A stretch of DNA of 63,745 nt, filler included, from Chiloscyllium plagiosum (lineage: Eukaryota): NCBI RefSeq assembly GCF_004010195.1. It is 4 parts of one record of this genome, joined end to end, with 100 filler letters (N's around TTAATTAATTAA, not from the genome) between each part and the next. Parts side by side here need not be neighbours in the genome. Positions count along the whole stretch, not along the records: positions 25,934 to 52,219 come from NC_057711.1; positions 52,320 to 59,279 come from NC_057711.1; positions 59,380 to 63,745 come from NC_057711.1; 1 more part is not named here. One strand, written 5' to 3'. This document shows positions 51,308 through 63,509 of this stretch, piece by piece. Position numbers and translations under genes: made by a program. Under the pieces are notes generated by a model. The model searched no databases. It had not been told where the DNA came from and was given only the letters and a program-made list of their open reading frames with translations. Every line of letters begins with the position of its first letter. The first letter of the stretch is position 1.

Positions 51308-52219
51308 ATTTCTCCGCCTCCACAGTGGTTGCTCCCAGAACGAACAATTCCACTCAAGGGCACTCCACATGGCCTCCTATTTCGAGGACTGTAATTTCCC
51401 CTCCCACATGATCAACAGTGCCCTTTAGCGCATCTCCTCCACTTCCTGCATCTCCACCCTTGAACCCCACCTCTCCAACTGCAACAAGGATAGAACCCCC
51501 CCAGTCCTCACCTGACACCCCACTAATATTCAGATACAGTGCAATATCCTCCGCCATTTCCACTACCTACAATCAGACCCCACCAGCAGAGACATAGTTC
51601 CCTCCCCATCCCTATCTGCATTCTGCAGAGACCATTCCCTCCTGACTCCCTTGTTAGGTCCACACCCCCTACCAACCCACCCTCTGCACCAGGTACCTTT
51701 CCTTGCTGCTGCACGAGGTGTAAAACTTGTGCCCACACCTCCCTGCTCACCTTCAACGAAGGCCACAAAGGATTTTTTCACATCTGGCGGAGATTTTCCC
51801 GCACATCCACCCACCTCATCTACTGTATCCATTGCTCTCGATGTGGTGTCCTCCACATCAGGGAGACAGAACACCAACTCATGGAGCATTTCAGGGAACA
51901 TCTCTGGGACACGCACACACCCAACAATCCCACTGCCCTGTTGTCAACCACTTCAACTCCCCCTCCCACTCTACCAAGGATGCAAGTCCTGGGCCACCTC
52001 CACCACCAAATCCAGGCCACCTGACGACTTGATGAAAAATGGCTCATCTTCAGCCATGGGACTCTTCAACCACATGGTATCAACATCAACTACTGGTTTC
52101 CAAATCTCCCCAATCCCCACTTCATCCCAACTCCAACCCTCCAACTCGACACCATCCTCTTGACCTTTCCTACCTGTCTATCTTCCTTTCTCTATCTGCT
52201 CCACCCTCCACCCCTCCAC
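51308..52219 (+). mobile_element. PLE arm (RT thumb, Cys linker, GIY-YIG), inverted relative to 50375-51307; runs into the gap
   Basis: FLRLH...; PGTFPCCCTRCKTCAH; LIYCIHCSRCGVLHIRETEHQLMEHFREH. Confidence 0.9.
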
Positions 52220-52319
52220 NNNNNNNNNNNNNNNNNNNNNNNNNNNNNNNNNNNNNNNNNNNNTTAATTAATTAANNNNNNNNNNNNNNNNNNNNNNNNN
52301 NNNNNNNNNNNNNNNNNNN
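52220..52319. other. Assembly gap with artificial linker
   Basis: 44 N + TTAATTAATTAA + 44 N. Confidence 0.97.
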
Positions 52320-54145
52320 TCCTTCCTGTAGCATTTGTATCCTGGAACATTAAGCTGCCAGTCCTGCCCATCCCTGAGCCATGTTTCTGTAATTGCGATG
52401 ATGTCCCAGTCCCATGTTCCTAATTATGCCCTGAGTTCATCTGCCTTCCCTGTTCGGCCCCTTGCTTTGAAATAGATGCAGTTTAATTTATTAGTCCGAC
52501 CTTGTCCCTGCCTGCCCTGACTGTTTGACTCACTTCTGTTCTCAACTGTACCAGTCTCAGATCAATCTCTTTCCTCACTATCTCCCTGGGTCCCACCTCA
52601 TCACCTTACTAGTTTAAATCCTCCCAAGCAGCTCTGGCAAATCTCCCTGCCAGTGTATTAGTCCCCTTCCAATTTAGGTGCAATCCGTCCTTCTTGTACA
52701 GGTCACTTCTACACCAAAAGAGATTGCAATGGTCCAGAAATGTGAATCCTTCCCCCATACACCACCTCCTCAGCCATGCAATCATCTGCTCTATCCTCCT
52801 ATTCCTGTCCTCACAAGCCCGTCGCACCAGGAGTAATCCAGATATTACTACTCTCGAGGACTTACTTTTTAAATTCCTGCCAAACTCTCTGTAAACTCCC
52901 TTCAGAATTTCATCCTTTTCCCTTACTATGTCGTTGGTTCCAATGTGGACAATGACCTGTTGATGGCCCCTCTCTCCCCTGAGAACATTCTGCACCCTCT
53001 CTGAGACATCCTTGATCCTGGCACCAGGGAAACAACACACCATTCTGATTTTTCGCTGCTGGTGACAGAAACGTTTGTCTGTACCTCGGACTAGAGAATC
53101 ACCTAACACAATTGATCTCTTGGAACTCAACATACCCTTCATTGCATTAGAGCCAATCTCAATACCAGAAACTTGGCTGTTCATGCTACACTCCCCTGAG
53201 AATCCATCACCCCCTACATTTTCCAAAACAACATACTTGTTTGAAATGGGTATAGCCACAGAAGGCTCCTGCACTAGCTGCCTACCTCTCTTACCTTCCC
53301 TGGAGTTAACCCACTTATGTGACTGTATCTGAGACTTTCCCCCCTTCCTATAACTGCCATCCATCACATACTGTTGCAGTTGCAAATTCCTCATTGCTTC
53401 TAACTGTCTCTCCAACCAATCCATTCAATCTGATAAGCTTCGCAACTTACACCATTTATTGCAGTTATAATCCGCAGTAACCCTTAAACTCTCTTTAAAC
53501 TCCCACATCTGACAAGAAGCACGTATCACTCTAATAAAGGCCATTTTTGCTCCTTCACAATCTACAGACCCAGAAAATAACACCGTCTTATTCCTCTACA
53601 AAACACTGCCCCAGGTTAAATGAATAGTTATGGCTTATATTTTGCGTTTAATCAAGAGACATATCTCCAAAAACATATAATCAAGAAAGAACCCACTCTA
53701 CTCACTACTGCAGACTTTCTGTAGGTCCCACTTAAAAACAATACACTTCTCTGCTTCTGTGCTGTGAACTTCGCCCAAATAGCTCTTCCAAGATCAGTTG
53801 TGAATTTCATTGTTTGTCAATTTTCGCAGACACACATCGATGTCCAGCAATTCAAACAGCAAAGGCAGTAACTATGCAGGTTCACTGCGGTGTTAGTTTC
53901 TTTCTCTCTCTCTCTCTCTCCTGCACTGACCTCACCATGTACTTCCTTTACCTGTTCTTCTCCCTTTTAAAGCTGCTGTTGTTTTGACTTTTAAGTTCCA
54001 AAACAATGCAACAGCATATAAAACAGTAATTGCTGCTCCTGGAATTTGAGGAAATCACCTCCAACACCTAAAATACCTCAATAAAGGAGCAGCCATTACA
54101 GCCAGAAATTTTTCCCATCCTCCATCTTGGATTACCCAGAATCCT
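52320..54145 (-). mobile_element. CR1 LINE 5' part (complete 5' UTR, ORF1, start of ORF2)
   Basis: Same 5' terminus as the copy at 61090; ORF1 listed below; ORF2 start ICFKARG...DIIAITETWL near 52470-52370. Confidence 0.93.
52609..53544 (-). pseudogene. CR1 ORF1: zinc-finger/leucine-zipper + SGNH esterase, one in-frame stop
   Basis: ATG at 53544 is in frame with the 271-aa ORF through a single TGA. Motifs IVLGDS, PGARI, HIGTND and DGLHLN are intact; several N-terminal Cys are substituted. Confidence 0.88.
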
Positions 54146-54239
54146 TGAAAGATTACTTAGAATCCTTGAAATCTTTCAGTTTTTATCACAACTCAATCTC
54201 CTAATTGATGCAGAGCTGAGCTTCTGTTTGCATGTACTC

Positions 54240-55800
54240 TGCAAAATGTGTCATCTCATGGCAGATTGGTATGAAAGGTGAAGTCGTACTGTATGATAGA
54301 TGAGCTGGCAAGATGGTTACAGAACTGGCTTAGTCATAGGAGACAGAGGGTAGTGGTGGAAGAACGCTATTTGGAACGGAGGGCTGTAACTAGTGGTGTT
54401 GCACAGGGATCAGTGTTTGGGTCGTCTGCTGTTCGTGATCTACATAAATTATTTGGAGGAAAATGTAGCTGATCTAATTATATGTTTGCAGACAATACAA
54501 AGATTGGGGGAGTTGTTGATTATTAGGAGGATTGTCACATGATGCAGCAGGATGTAGATCAGTTGGAGTCATGGGTAGAAAAATGGCTGATGGAATTTAA
54601 TCTGGACAAATGTGAGATGATGCATTTTGGAAAGTCAAGTACAGCTAGAAATTATATAGTGAATAGTAGAACCCTTAGGAGTATTTATATGCTAAGACAT
54701 CTGGGTATGCAGGTCCACAGATCACTGAACATGGCAGTACAGGTAGATAAGGTAATAAAAAAGACCTATGGCATACTTGCCTTCATTGGAAATGGCACTG
54801 AATGGAAGCAAGTTATACCTTTCTAGAACTCGCATTAGGCCACACTTGGAATACTGCATACAGTTCTGGTCACCACACTACCAAGAGGATGTGGATACTT
54901 TGGAGAGGGTACAGAAAAGGTTTACCAGGATGTTGCCTGGGGTAGAGAATTTTAGCTATGAAGAAAGGTTGCATAGACTGAGCTTGTTTTCATTACTGTG
55001 GGATATAGGTTCAAAGTGTGGAGGGGGTTGGGGAGGAAGTTTAACAAAGATATGCGAGGCACATTTTTCACACAAAGCATACTATCTGGGTGCATAATAC
55101 CCTCGTATGGCAACTGCTCTGCCCAGGACCATAAGAAAATACAGTAGGTTGTGTGCACAGCTCAGATCATCATGGCAGCCAAGCTCCCCTCCGTGGACTC
55201 CATTCACATGTCTCATTGATGTGGAAAGACTGATAATAACATCCAAGATCCATCTCACCCCAGTAGTGCTCTCTTACAACCTCTTCTGTCAGGCAGTAGA
55301 TATAGAAGCTTGAACACATGTACCAGCAGTTTCAAGAACAGCTTCTTCCCTGCTGTTTCTGGATTGATGAATGGACTCTCTAACTTCAAATAATGCTGAC
55401 CTTGTTAATGTTGATCTTGCCTCACATACATCCTGTGCGGTGTACCTTGTATGCCTTCCTCTGTTCATGTATTTTCACCCTATGATCTGTGTGTGCTTGC
55501 TGACTATGATCTGAGTGTACTGCTCACAAACACAGCTTTTCACTGTACATTGGCACACATGACAATAAATCAAATCAAATCAAGCCAAACAGTAGTGAGT
55601 GCCTGCAATGTGCTGCCAGAGGAGGTGGAGGAAGCAGACACAATAGTTGCATTCAAGAAGCACCTGGATGAATACATGAATAGGAAGGGAATAGAGGGGT
55701 ATGGATCCTGTAAGTGAAAAGAGTTTTAATATGGAAAGGCAAAATGTGTTGGTGCAGGTTTGGAAGGCCGAAGCGCCTGTTCCTGTGCTGTATTGTTCTT
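54240..55800 (+). mobile_element. CR1 LINE 3' fragment, interrupted by Rex1/Babar
   Basis: WLQNWLSHRRQRVVV...; IRPHLEYCIQFWSP; 3' UTR resumes at ~55584. Confidence 0.88.
55076..55583 (+). mobile_element. Rex1/Babar LINE 3' end
   Basis: SILSGCII.SYGNCSAQDHKKIQ*VV.TAQ...DPSHP...LSGSRYRSL...FKNSFFP; tail TTTTCACTG...TGACAATAAA(TCAAA)n. Confidence 0.85.
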
Positions 55801-55949
55801 TGTCCTTTGTTCTTATATCTGTTTTCACTTCTGTAACCTTCCTGTCAGCCTATTTGCTCTAACCCTCATCTGTCTTTCTCACAGCAAACTCAACTATTTC
55901 AAATGTCTGCAGAATGGCTTCAATGATAAATTTTGTTTAACCTAATCTC

Positions 55950-56900
55950 AATATTCTATTCGAAAACAATCTGCTCACCCATCACATGTACATGCCAACC
56001 TACATAGCTTCCCAGTCCCTCAAAATCACAAATTTAAAACTAAAGGGATAAAAAGTCATTATTGATAGGTAGGAATGTGGAGTAATCAGACTTGATCTAT
56101 TGAATAGCGTATTGGAATCATATAGCACAGACACAGACCTTCAGTCCATTCAACGATACCAACCAAGTTTCCCACAGGAATGTTGTCCCATTTGCCTACA
56201 TTTGGTCAATATCCCTCTCAACCTTTCCTATTCAAGCAGCTGTCCAAAAGTCTTTTAAATGTTTTAAGTGTCCCTGCATCTACCACTTCCTCTGAAAGTT
56301 CATTCCATTTACAATCCACCCTCTGTGTGAAAAATGTGCCCTCAGGTCCCTTTTAAATCTTTCTCCTCTCACCGTAATATTATGCCCTCTAATTTTCCCA
56401 CCCTGGAAAAAAGACCCTTGCTATTTATCTTATCTATGCCCCTCATTGTTTCATAAACCTCTATAAGATCACCCCTCAACCTCCTCTGTTCCAGTGAACA
56501 AAGCCCCAGCCTATCCAACCTCTCTTTATAACTCATGCCCTCCAGTCCCAGCACCATCCTGGTAAGTCTTTTCTGCACCCTTTCAGATTTAGTAATGTCC
56601 TTACTATAGCAGAATGGTGGAGGGGCTAAGTAACCTCCTGTTCGTAATTGGAAAGTTCAAATGTGAGCATCCTCAGGCTTAATTCCCTTAATGACATTTC
56701 AGCTTACTCCTCCTGTAATCTCATTTAGCCCAAAAATCTTTGAAGAACCTGTGTTCTCGAACTCTGGCTTGTGTAGTCTTCACCACCCTTTTTGCCCCAA
56801 ACTGGTTGCAATTCTTTGAACCATTTAAGTCAGTTTCTTTGCAATTTTCTCCTGAAACCTCTCCACCTTCTCCTGTTCCCTTAAAGTGCTCTTCAACATT
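55950..56900 (+). mobile_element. Decayed L2-like 3' fragment (interrupted by CR1)
   Basis: SPIT...LHSFPVPQ..KFK-like remnant at ~55970-56040, similar to the L2 LHWLPV motif. Confidence 0.5.
56115..56612 (-). mobile_element. CR1 LINE 3' end
   Basis: QKRLTRMVLGLEGMSYKERLDRLGLCSLEQRRLRGDLIEVY. Confidence 0.9.
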
Positions 56901-57732
56901 TATCCATTTGAAACACTTCCAGTCGCCAATCTTCTTTACCTTGATGTTGATTTTAAAAAAATCTGACAATGTTTTCATAGAAAAACCTTTCATACATTGT
57001 TGTTGTTATTTTAGTGTATGTTGTTGTTCTTCATAAATCCCTGTAATCAAATATGCAGAGAACACTGTTACTCTGAGGGGAGAGACATGCATTTATTGCT
57101 GCACCAGAAGAAGCCTGGTTTATCCATCGTTTCAAAGACCAGTTTGAAATGTTAAATTAATGATACAGGCTAAGGTTGCAATATCACACATCATAATTAG
57201 TGTCAGTCATTATCTTCAGGCAAGCCAAGCTGACAAAAAGGCATTTACTAAATCACAATTCAAGAAGAGTACAAAAGAGAACACAGAAAGGGATGGAATC
57301 AGTTATTATTCCTTCTTTATTTTCCTGGAGAAATGGGTGGATGATGCAAGCTTTAATAACAAAGTGCTAGGCCAGCTTTCTGAAATAATCACCAATAGAC
57401 GCTGATCTAATAATCAAGAAATGAGTGCTGGATTTTACTCAGAACTGTCAGGAAATCGAACACAGTTCAATAGTCTAGACTAAAAATTAAACTACCCTGC
57501 AATCATAAATGGTTTTATAGTGTAGACGTAAAGCAATATTCAGAATTCTAAACTACCCTGTGTTTCAGGAGTCTTGGCATTTGTCTTTATTTCCTCAGTA
57601 ATAATACCTGAAGTTACATAAAGGATTAATTGATATGAAAGCGTATAAACATCCACATCCTAAATAGAAATCATTTGGTTCTTTTCCACTATTAACATCC
57701 ACTTTCAATCAACCTTACTATTGTCAGCAAGA

Positions 57733-59279
57733 GAGAAAGAACCTGCACAGTTACCGCTTTTGCTGTTTGAATTTGTCTATCGCTGGACATCGGAGTGCAT
57801 CTGGGAAAATTAACAAACAGTGAAATTCACAACTAATCTTGGAGGAACTGTTGTGCGAAGTTCACAGCACAGAATCAGATAAGTTAATTGTTGTTTTAAG
57901 TCTGTCCAAGAGAAAGGCTGCAGTAGGGAGTATAGTGGATTCTTTCTTGATTATGTTTTTGGAGATAAGTCTCTTGATTAAATTTAAAATATAAGCCATA
58001 TCTATTAATTTAACCTGGGGCAGTGTTTGTAGAGGAATAAGACTAGATTACTTACAGTGTGGAAACAGGCCCTTCGGCCCAACAAGTCCACACTGCCCCG
58101 CCGAAGCGCAACCCACCCATACCCCTACATGTACACCTTACCTAACACTACGGGCAATTAGCATGGCCAATTCACCTGACCTGCACATCTTTGGACTGTG
58201 GGAGGAAACCGGAGCACCCAGAGGAAACCCACGCATGGGGAGAATGTGCAAACTCTACACAGTCAGTCGCCTGAGGCGGGAATTGAGCCCGGGTCTCTGG
58301 CGCTGTGAGGCAGCAGGGCTAACCACTGTGCCACCGTGCCGCCCACTATGGTGTTATTTTCTGGGTCTGTAGATTGTGAAGGAGCAAAAATGGCCTTTGC
58401 AGTGATATGTACTTCTTGTCAGATGTGGGAGTTTAAAGAGAGCTTAAGGGTTACTGTGGATTATATCTGCAATAAATGCTGTTGGATGCGAATCTTATCA
58501 GATCGAGTGGATCGGTTGGAGAGACAGATAGATGCGATGAGGAATTTGCAACAGCAACAGTATGTGATGGATGGCAGATGTAGGAAGGGGGGAAAGTCTC
58601 AGATACAATCACATAGATGGGTTAACTTCAGGAAGGCTGAGAGAGGTAGGCACCGAGGGCAGGAGTCTTTTGTGGATATACCCATTTCAAACAGGTATAC
58701 TGTATTGGAAAATGTAGGGGGTGATGGTTTCTCAGGGGAATGTAGCACGAACAGCCAAGTTTCTGGTATTGAGACTGGCTCTAATGCAACGAGGGATACG
58801 TCGGCTTCAAAGAGATCAATTGTGTTAGGGGATTCTGTAGTCAGAGGTACCGACAGATGTTTCTGTGGCAGAATGGTGTGTTGTTTCCCTGGTGCCAGGA
58901 TCAAGGATGTCTCAGAGAGGGTGCAGAATATTCTTACCGGGAGAGGGGCCAGCAGGAGGTCATTGTCCACATTGGAATGAATGGCATAGGAAGGGAAAAG
59001 GTTGAGATTCTGAAGGGAGATTACAGAGAGTTAGGCAGAAATTTAAAAAGGAGGTCCTCAAGGGTAGTAACATGTGGAATACTCCCAGTGATACAAGCTA
59101 GTGAGGGCAGGAATAGAAGGATAGAGCAGATGAATGCATGGCTGAGGAGCTGGTGTATGGGAGAAGGATTCACATTTTTGGATCATTGGAATCTCTTTTG
59201 GCGTAGAAGTGACCTATACAAGAAGGATGGATTGCACCTAAATTGGAAGGGGACTAATATACTGGCAGGGAAATTTGCT
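57733..59279 (+). mobile_element. CR1 LINE 5' part with ORF1 (ATG 58390; frameshifted), runs into the gap
   Basis: MAFAVICTSCQMWEF...YICNKCC...LSDRVDRLERQI; IVLGDS; DGLHLN. Confidence 0.92.
58044..58344 (-). mobile_element. Full-length HE1-type V-SINE inserted in the CR1 5' UTR
   Basis: Minus strand GGGCGGCACGGTGGCACAGTGGTTAGC...GGCTCAATTCC...GGGCCTGTTTCCACACTGTAAGTAATCTA. It splits AAGAC|GGTGTT, which is contiguous in the 53580 copy. Confidence 0.95.
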
Positions 59280-59379
59280 NNNNNNNNNNNNNNNNNNNNN
59301 NNNNNNNNNNNNNNNNNNNNNNNTTAATTAATTAANNNNNNNNNNNNNNNNNNNNNNNNNNNNNNNNNNNNNNNNNNNN
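59280..59379. other. Assembly gap with artificial linker
   Basis: 44 N + TTAATTAATTAA + 44 N. Confidence 0.97.
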
Positions 59380-61090
59380 TAGCACCGGGAGTAATCCAGA
59401 TATTACTACTCTCGAGGACCTCCTTTTTAAATTCCTGCCTAACTCTCTGTAATCTCCCTTCAGAATCTCAACTTTTTCGCTTCCTGTGTCATTGGTTCCA
59501 ATGTGGACAATGACCTCTTGCTGGCCCCTCTCCCCCTTGAGAACATTCTGCACCCTCTCTGAGACATCCTTGATCCTGGCACCAGGGAAGCAACACACCA
59601 TTCTGATTTTTTGCTGCTGGCCACAGAAACGTCTGTCTGTACCTCAGACTACAGAATCCCCTAACACAATTGATCTCTTGGAACCAGACATACCCCTCGA
59701 TGCATTAGAGCCAATCTCAATACCAGAACCCTGGCCCTTTGTGCTACATTACCCTGTGAATTGATCATCCCCTACATTTTCCAAACCCGCATACTTGTTT
59801 GAAATGTGGTTAGCCACAGAAGACTCGTGCACTAGCTGCCTACCTCTCTTACCTTTCTTGGAATTAATCCATCTATGTGACTGTATCTGAGACTTTCCCC
59901 CTTCCTATAACTGCCATCCATCACATACCATTGCTGTTGCAAATTCCTCATTGCCTCTAACTGTCTCTCCAGCCGATCCATTCGATCTGATAGGATTCAC
60001 AACCAACAGCATTTATTGCAGATATACTCCACAGTAACCCATAAACTCTCCTTAAACTCCCACATATCATTCTACTAAAAGCCATTTTTGCTCCTTCACA
60101 ACCAGAAAATAACACCGTCTTATTCCTCTACAAAACACTGCCCCATGTTAAATTAATAGTTATGGCTTAGATTTTAAGTTTAATCAAGAGACATATCTCA
60201 AAAAACATATAATCAAGAAAGACATTGAGTCTGCTCTGCTGTTCGGTGAGATCAGCTGAAGGGTGATGTTATAGAGGTTTATGAAATCATGAGGGGCATG
60301 GATAGGATAAATAGACAAAGTCGTTTCCCTGGGGTCGGGTGTCCAGCACTAGAGGGCATAGGTTTAGTGTGAGAGGGGCATGATATAACAGAAACCTAAA
60401 GGGCAACTTTTTCACGCAGAGTGTGGTATGTGTATGGAATGAGCTGCTAGAGGAAGTGGTGGAGGCTGGTACAATTGCAACATTTAAGAGGTATTTGGAT
60501 GGGTATATGAATAGGAAGGGTTTGGAGGGATATGGGCTAGGTGCTGGCAGGTGGGACTAGGTTGGGTTGGGATGTCTTTTGGACCGAAGGGTCTGTTTCC
60601 ATGCTGTACATCTCTATGACTTTATAACCCACTCTACTCACTACTCCAGACTTTTTGTCGGCCACACTTAAAACAATTACTTATCTGTTTCTGTGCTGTG
60701 ACTTCACCCAAACAGTTCCTCCAAGATCAGTTGTGAATTTCACTGCTTGTTAATTTTCCCAGACTTACTCCTATGTCCAGTGATACATGAATTCAAACAG
60801 CAAAGGCATAGCTGTGCAGGTTCACTGTGGTGTCAGTTTCTTTCTCTCTCTCTCTCTCCTGCACAGACCTCACCATGTGCTTCCTTTGTCTGTTCTTCTC
60901 CCTTTTAAAACTGCTGTTGTTTTGACTTTTTTTCCAAAGTTCCAAAACAATACAACAGCATATAAAACAGTAATTGCTGCTCCTGGAATTCGAAGAAATC
61001 ACCTCCAACACCTAAAATACCTCAAAAAAAGGAGCAGCTGTTACACCCAGAAATTTTTCCTGTCCTCCATCTTGGATTACCCAGAATCCT
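59380..61090 (-). mobile_element. CR1 LINE 5' part with ORF1 (third copy)
   Basis: MVCCFPGARIKDVSERVQ...HIGTND; 5' UTR matches 53545-54145. Confidence 0.92.
60257..60625 (+). mobile_element. CR1 3' end nested in a CR1 5' UTR
   Basis: Matches 35152-35540 in reverse; tail CTCTATGACT. Confidence 0.88.
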
Positions 61091-61094
61091 ACAA

Positions 61095-61275
61095 ATAGTG
61101 GAGGCTAGTACAATTGCAACATTTAAAAGACATCTGGATGGGTATATGAACGGGAAGGGTTTGGAGAGATATGAGCCGGGTGCTGGCAGGTGGACTAGAT
61201 TGCGTTGGGATATCTGGTCGGCATAGACGAGTTGGACCGAAGGGTCTGTTTCCATGCTGTACATCTCTATGACAC
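61095..61275 (+). mobile_element. CR1 3' tail fragment
   Basis: GTGGAGGCTAGTACAATTGCAACATTTAAAAG...CATCTCTATGAC. Confidence 0.88.
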
Positions 61276-62873
61276 TATTAGTAAAGTCAGCAAAAGGTTG
61301 GGCTATGTATAGAAAAGCTGCAAGGGCTCTAAGCACATGACTTGCTCCAATCATGGGAACTATATTGAGTTGCAGCAGGAGAAAGATACCAAGTAGCACT
61401 AAGACAGCAAGTTGCTCACAGAGAGGGAAGAAAGAGAGAACAACAGGTGCTCAGCTGGAGAATTTATCCATCTTGGGCTTTCCAAGAGCATTTCTTTTAT
61501 CTTCAAATAAGCCAGTAACAGTATTTCTGGCATCAGCAGTTCATTAAGGTGATGATTATATAACGCTGCCACTTCTTGAAATTAGATCTGCTGGCTCAGA
61601 GGATTGGAGAGACAGTGTTTCCATTGGCTGTGAAGTGACATGTAACCCTCCCTTGTGAATATTGCCAGATATTTACTGTTTCACCAGGAATTCACAGAGG
61701 CTCTGCAACCCAGGAGAGGGGATTTTAGTTTATTATCTCTGAGCAGAGAGAAATACAATTAGTCTGCACTTGGACCTGCCAGGCTTCCCACTGGTGCCGT
61801 TTATGATGGAGATGCCTTGGGAAGTATAAATTAATAGTGTAAAGGCCATGTTGTTTCCTTATTTTCCTGCTTTTTTGATTATGGTGTCAAATGGGAATTG
61901 GGCAGTTTTGAAAACCCAAGGTTTGCTGCACTTGATGTAACCTGACACTCATTGTAAGTTTACACAGCTGCTTGTCCAATCAGTGCAGGATATCTAGAAC
62001 ACAGAAAAGTACAACACAGAACAAACAGTTTGGCTCACCATTTCTGAACCCACTTTGATGTCATATTAAATTATTCCCATCTGCCCATAATCCATATCCC
62101 TTTATCTGTGATGATTCCAGAATTAGAAGGATTTGGTCACCTTTGCATAACTCCAATAAGATGTAACAACAGATAAGTTTGTCAGGGGTGAAGTTGTTAG
62201 TACCTTGATGGTTTGTGGAAAATGGCTCCAAGTACATCATTAGGCTGCTCATATTTTGGGGCACAAAGGTTCTAACTTTGATGACTTGCCACAGGGAGGC
62301 TGGTTCCATGGAGATAACAGTCTCTGCATACAGTAGGAAATTTCTCCACCTATTTTTGTGATCTCCATGGAGATCAATAATTTTAAAAGAACAATTCTAG
62401 TTAAAGACTGAAAGAATGACATGACAGGGTTTGACATTTTAAGACAATTACTGCAACAAAAGACAAAAAACTCTATTGTCTTTGCCGTGTTATGACTAGA
62501 TGATTTGGGTTGAATTGACCCACCTCTTCCTAAACCTCTTGATTGGCCACAACAATTGTTTTAAATTATTTTCAGCATGTAGCGACATTGTACTTCAATT
62601 AAAACGAAATTCAATAGTTCAACAATGAGTAAGATTAAAAAAAGAAATTTTATTATTTGCGAACTCCAAGAAAAATAATGAAAACAATAATCTACTGACA
62701 CATCAAGTACAAAAAAGAAAACTATGAAAACATAACTTAGAAAGTCCTTTGAGTCTTTAATGGTTGGGTTTAAACTGAGACCACGGTTGTTTAATTAATG
62801 ACTTGTATTCTCTGCAGTTCCAAAGTTTGTAGAAATCTGTGAGTTCTTGGTGAGTGGATATTTCTCCAATTTG

Positions 62874-62998
62874 GCAAAAGTGAGGGCTGCAGATGCTATT
62901 CCTCATGAAGGGCTTTTGCCCGAAACGTCAATTTTTCTGCTCCTCGGATGCTGCTTAATCTGCTGCGCTTTTCCAGCACCACTCTGATCTAAACCCCC
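62874..62998. mobile_element. Short PLE-terminus insertion (inverted 24-nt tail + body with mutated hammerhead)
   Basis: Direct repeat ATTTCTCCAATTTG (62860-62873, 62999-63012); CTCATGA-A-GGGC(TTTT)GCCC-GAAA-CGTC at 62902-62929. Confidence 0.85.
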
Positions 62999-63509
62999 AT
63001 TTCTCCAATTTGCTTTATCATTTGGCACTGTTTTTCAAGATGCTAATTGAAACAGAGAGGGAGGTACAGTAAACCTTCCAGTTATACTATTAAAAATGCA
63101 TCATTCTGCTCTCCCCTTTCAGAAAACCTACAGTCGGAAATGCAGCTCTTTTGTGTGTTCCTGTGTTTGGTTTCATTATTTATACCAAGCTAGACAATCT
63201 GCCAGATACTTCATTCCAACATGCGAAGGTTGGAGAAAGGTATAAATTAAATAGGAGTTTCTGGTTTTGGTCACATTGATATGTTAATTTCAGGTCAGAC
63301 TGGCTCTTGTTCATTGATGGTTTCACAATCCGAGCATAATGTCATCAGATCACGACTATAAATCAGCGTTTTTACTTCTTTATAACCATTTAAGTCCATG
63401 TATAATCTTATATATTACAAACAGAGGATGGATTTATAAAAACAAATAGTCCATCGTTACTTTCTCATAAGAGAGTGTAACTTGTCCTTTAAGAAAGAGC
63501 AGAAAATAA

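Noticed and set aside
52609..53424. 271-aa SGNH hydrolase as a host or domesticated gene
   Set aside because: It sits between a CR1 5' UTR and ORF2, has an upstream in-frame stop, and has decayed paralogous copies in the window.
58265..58344. tRNA gene (also 7225-7300 and 14989-15045)
   Set aside because: Only A/B boxes are present, with no complete cloverleaf, and they are followed by SINE body and tail.
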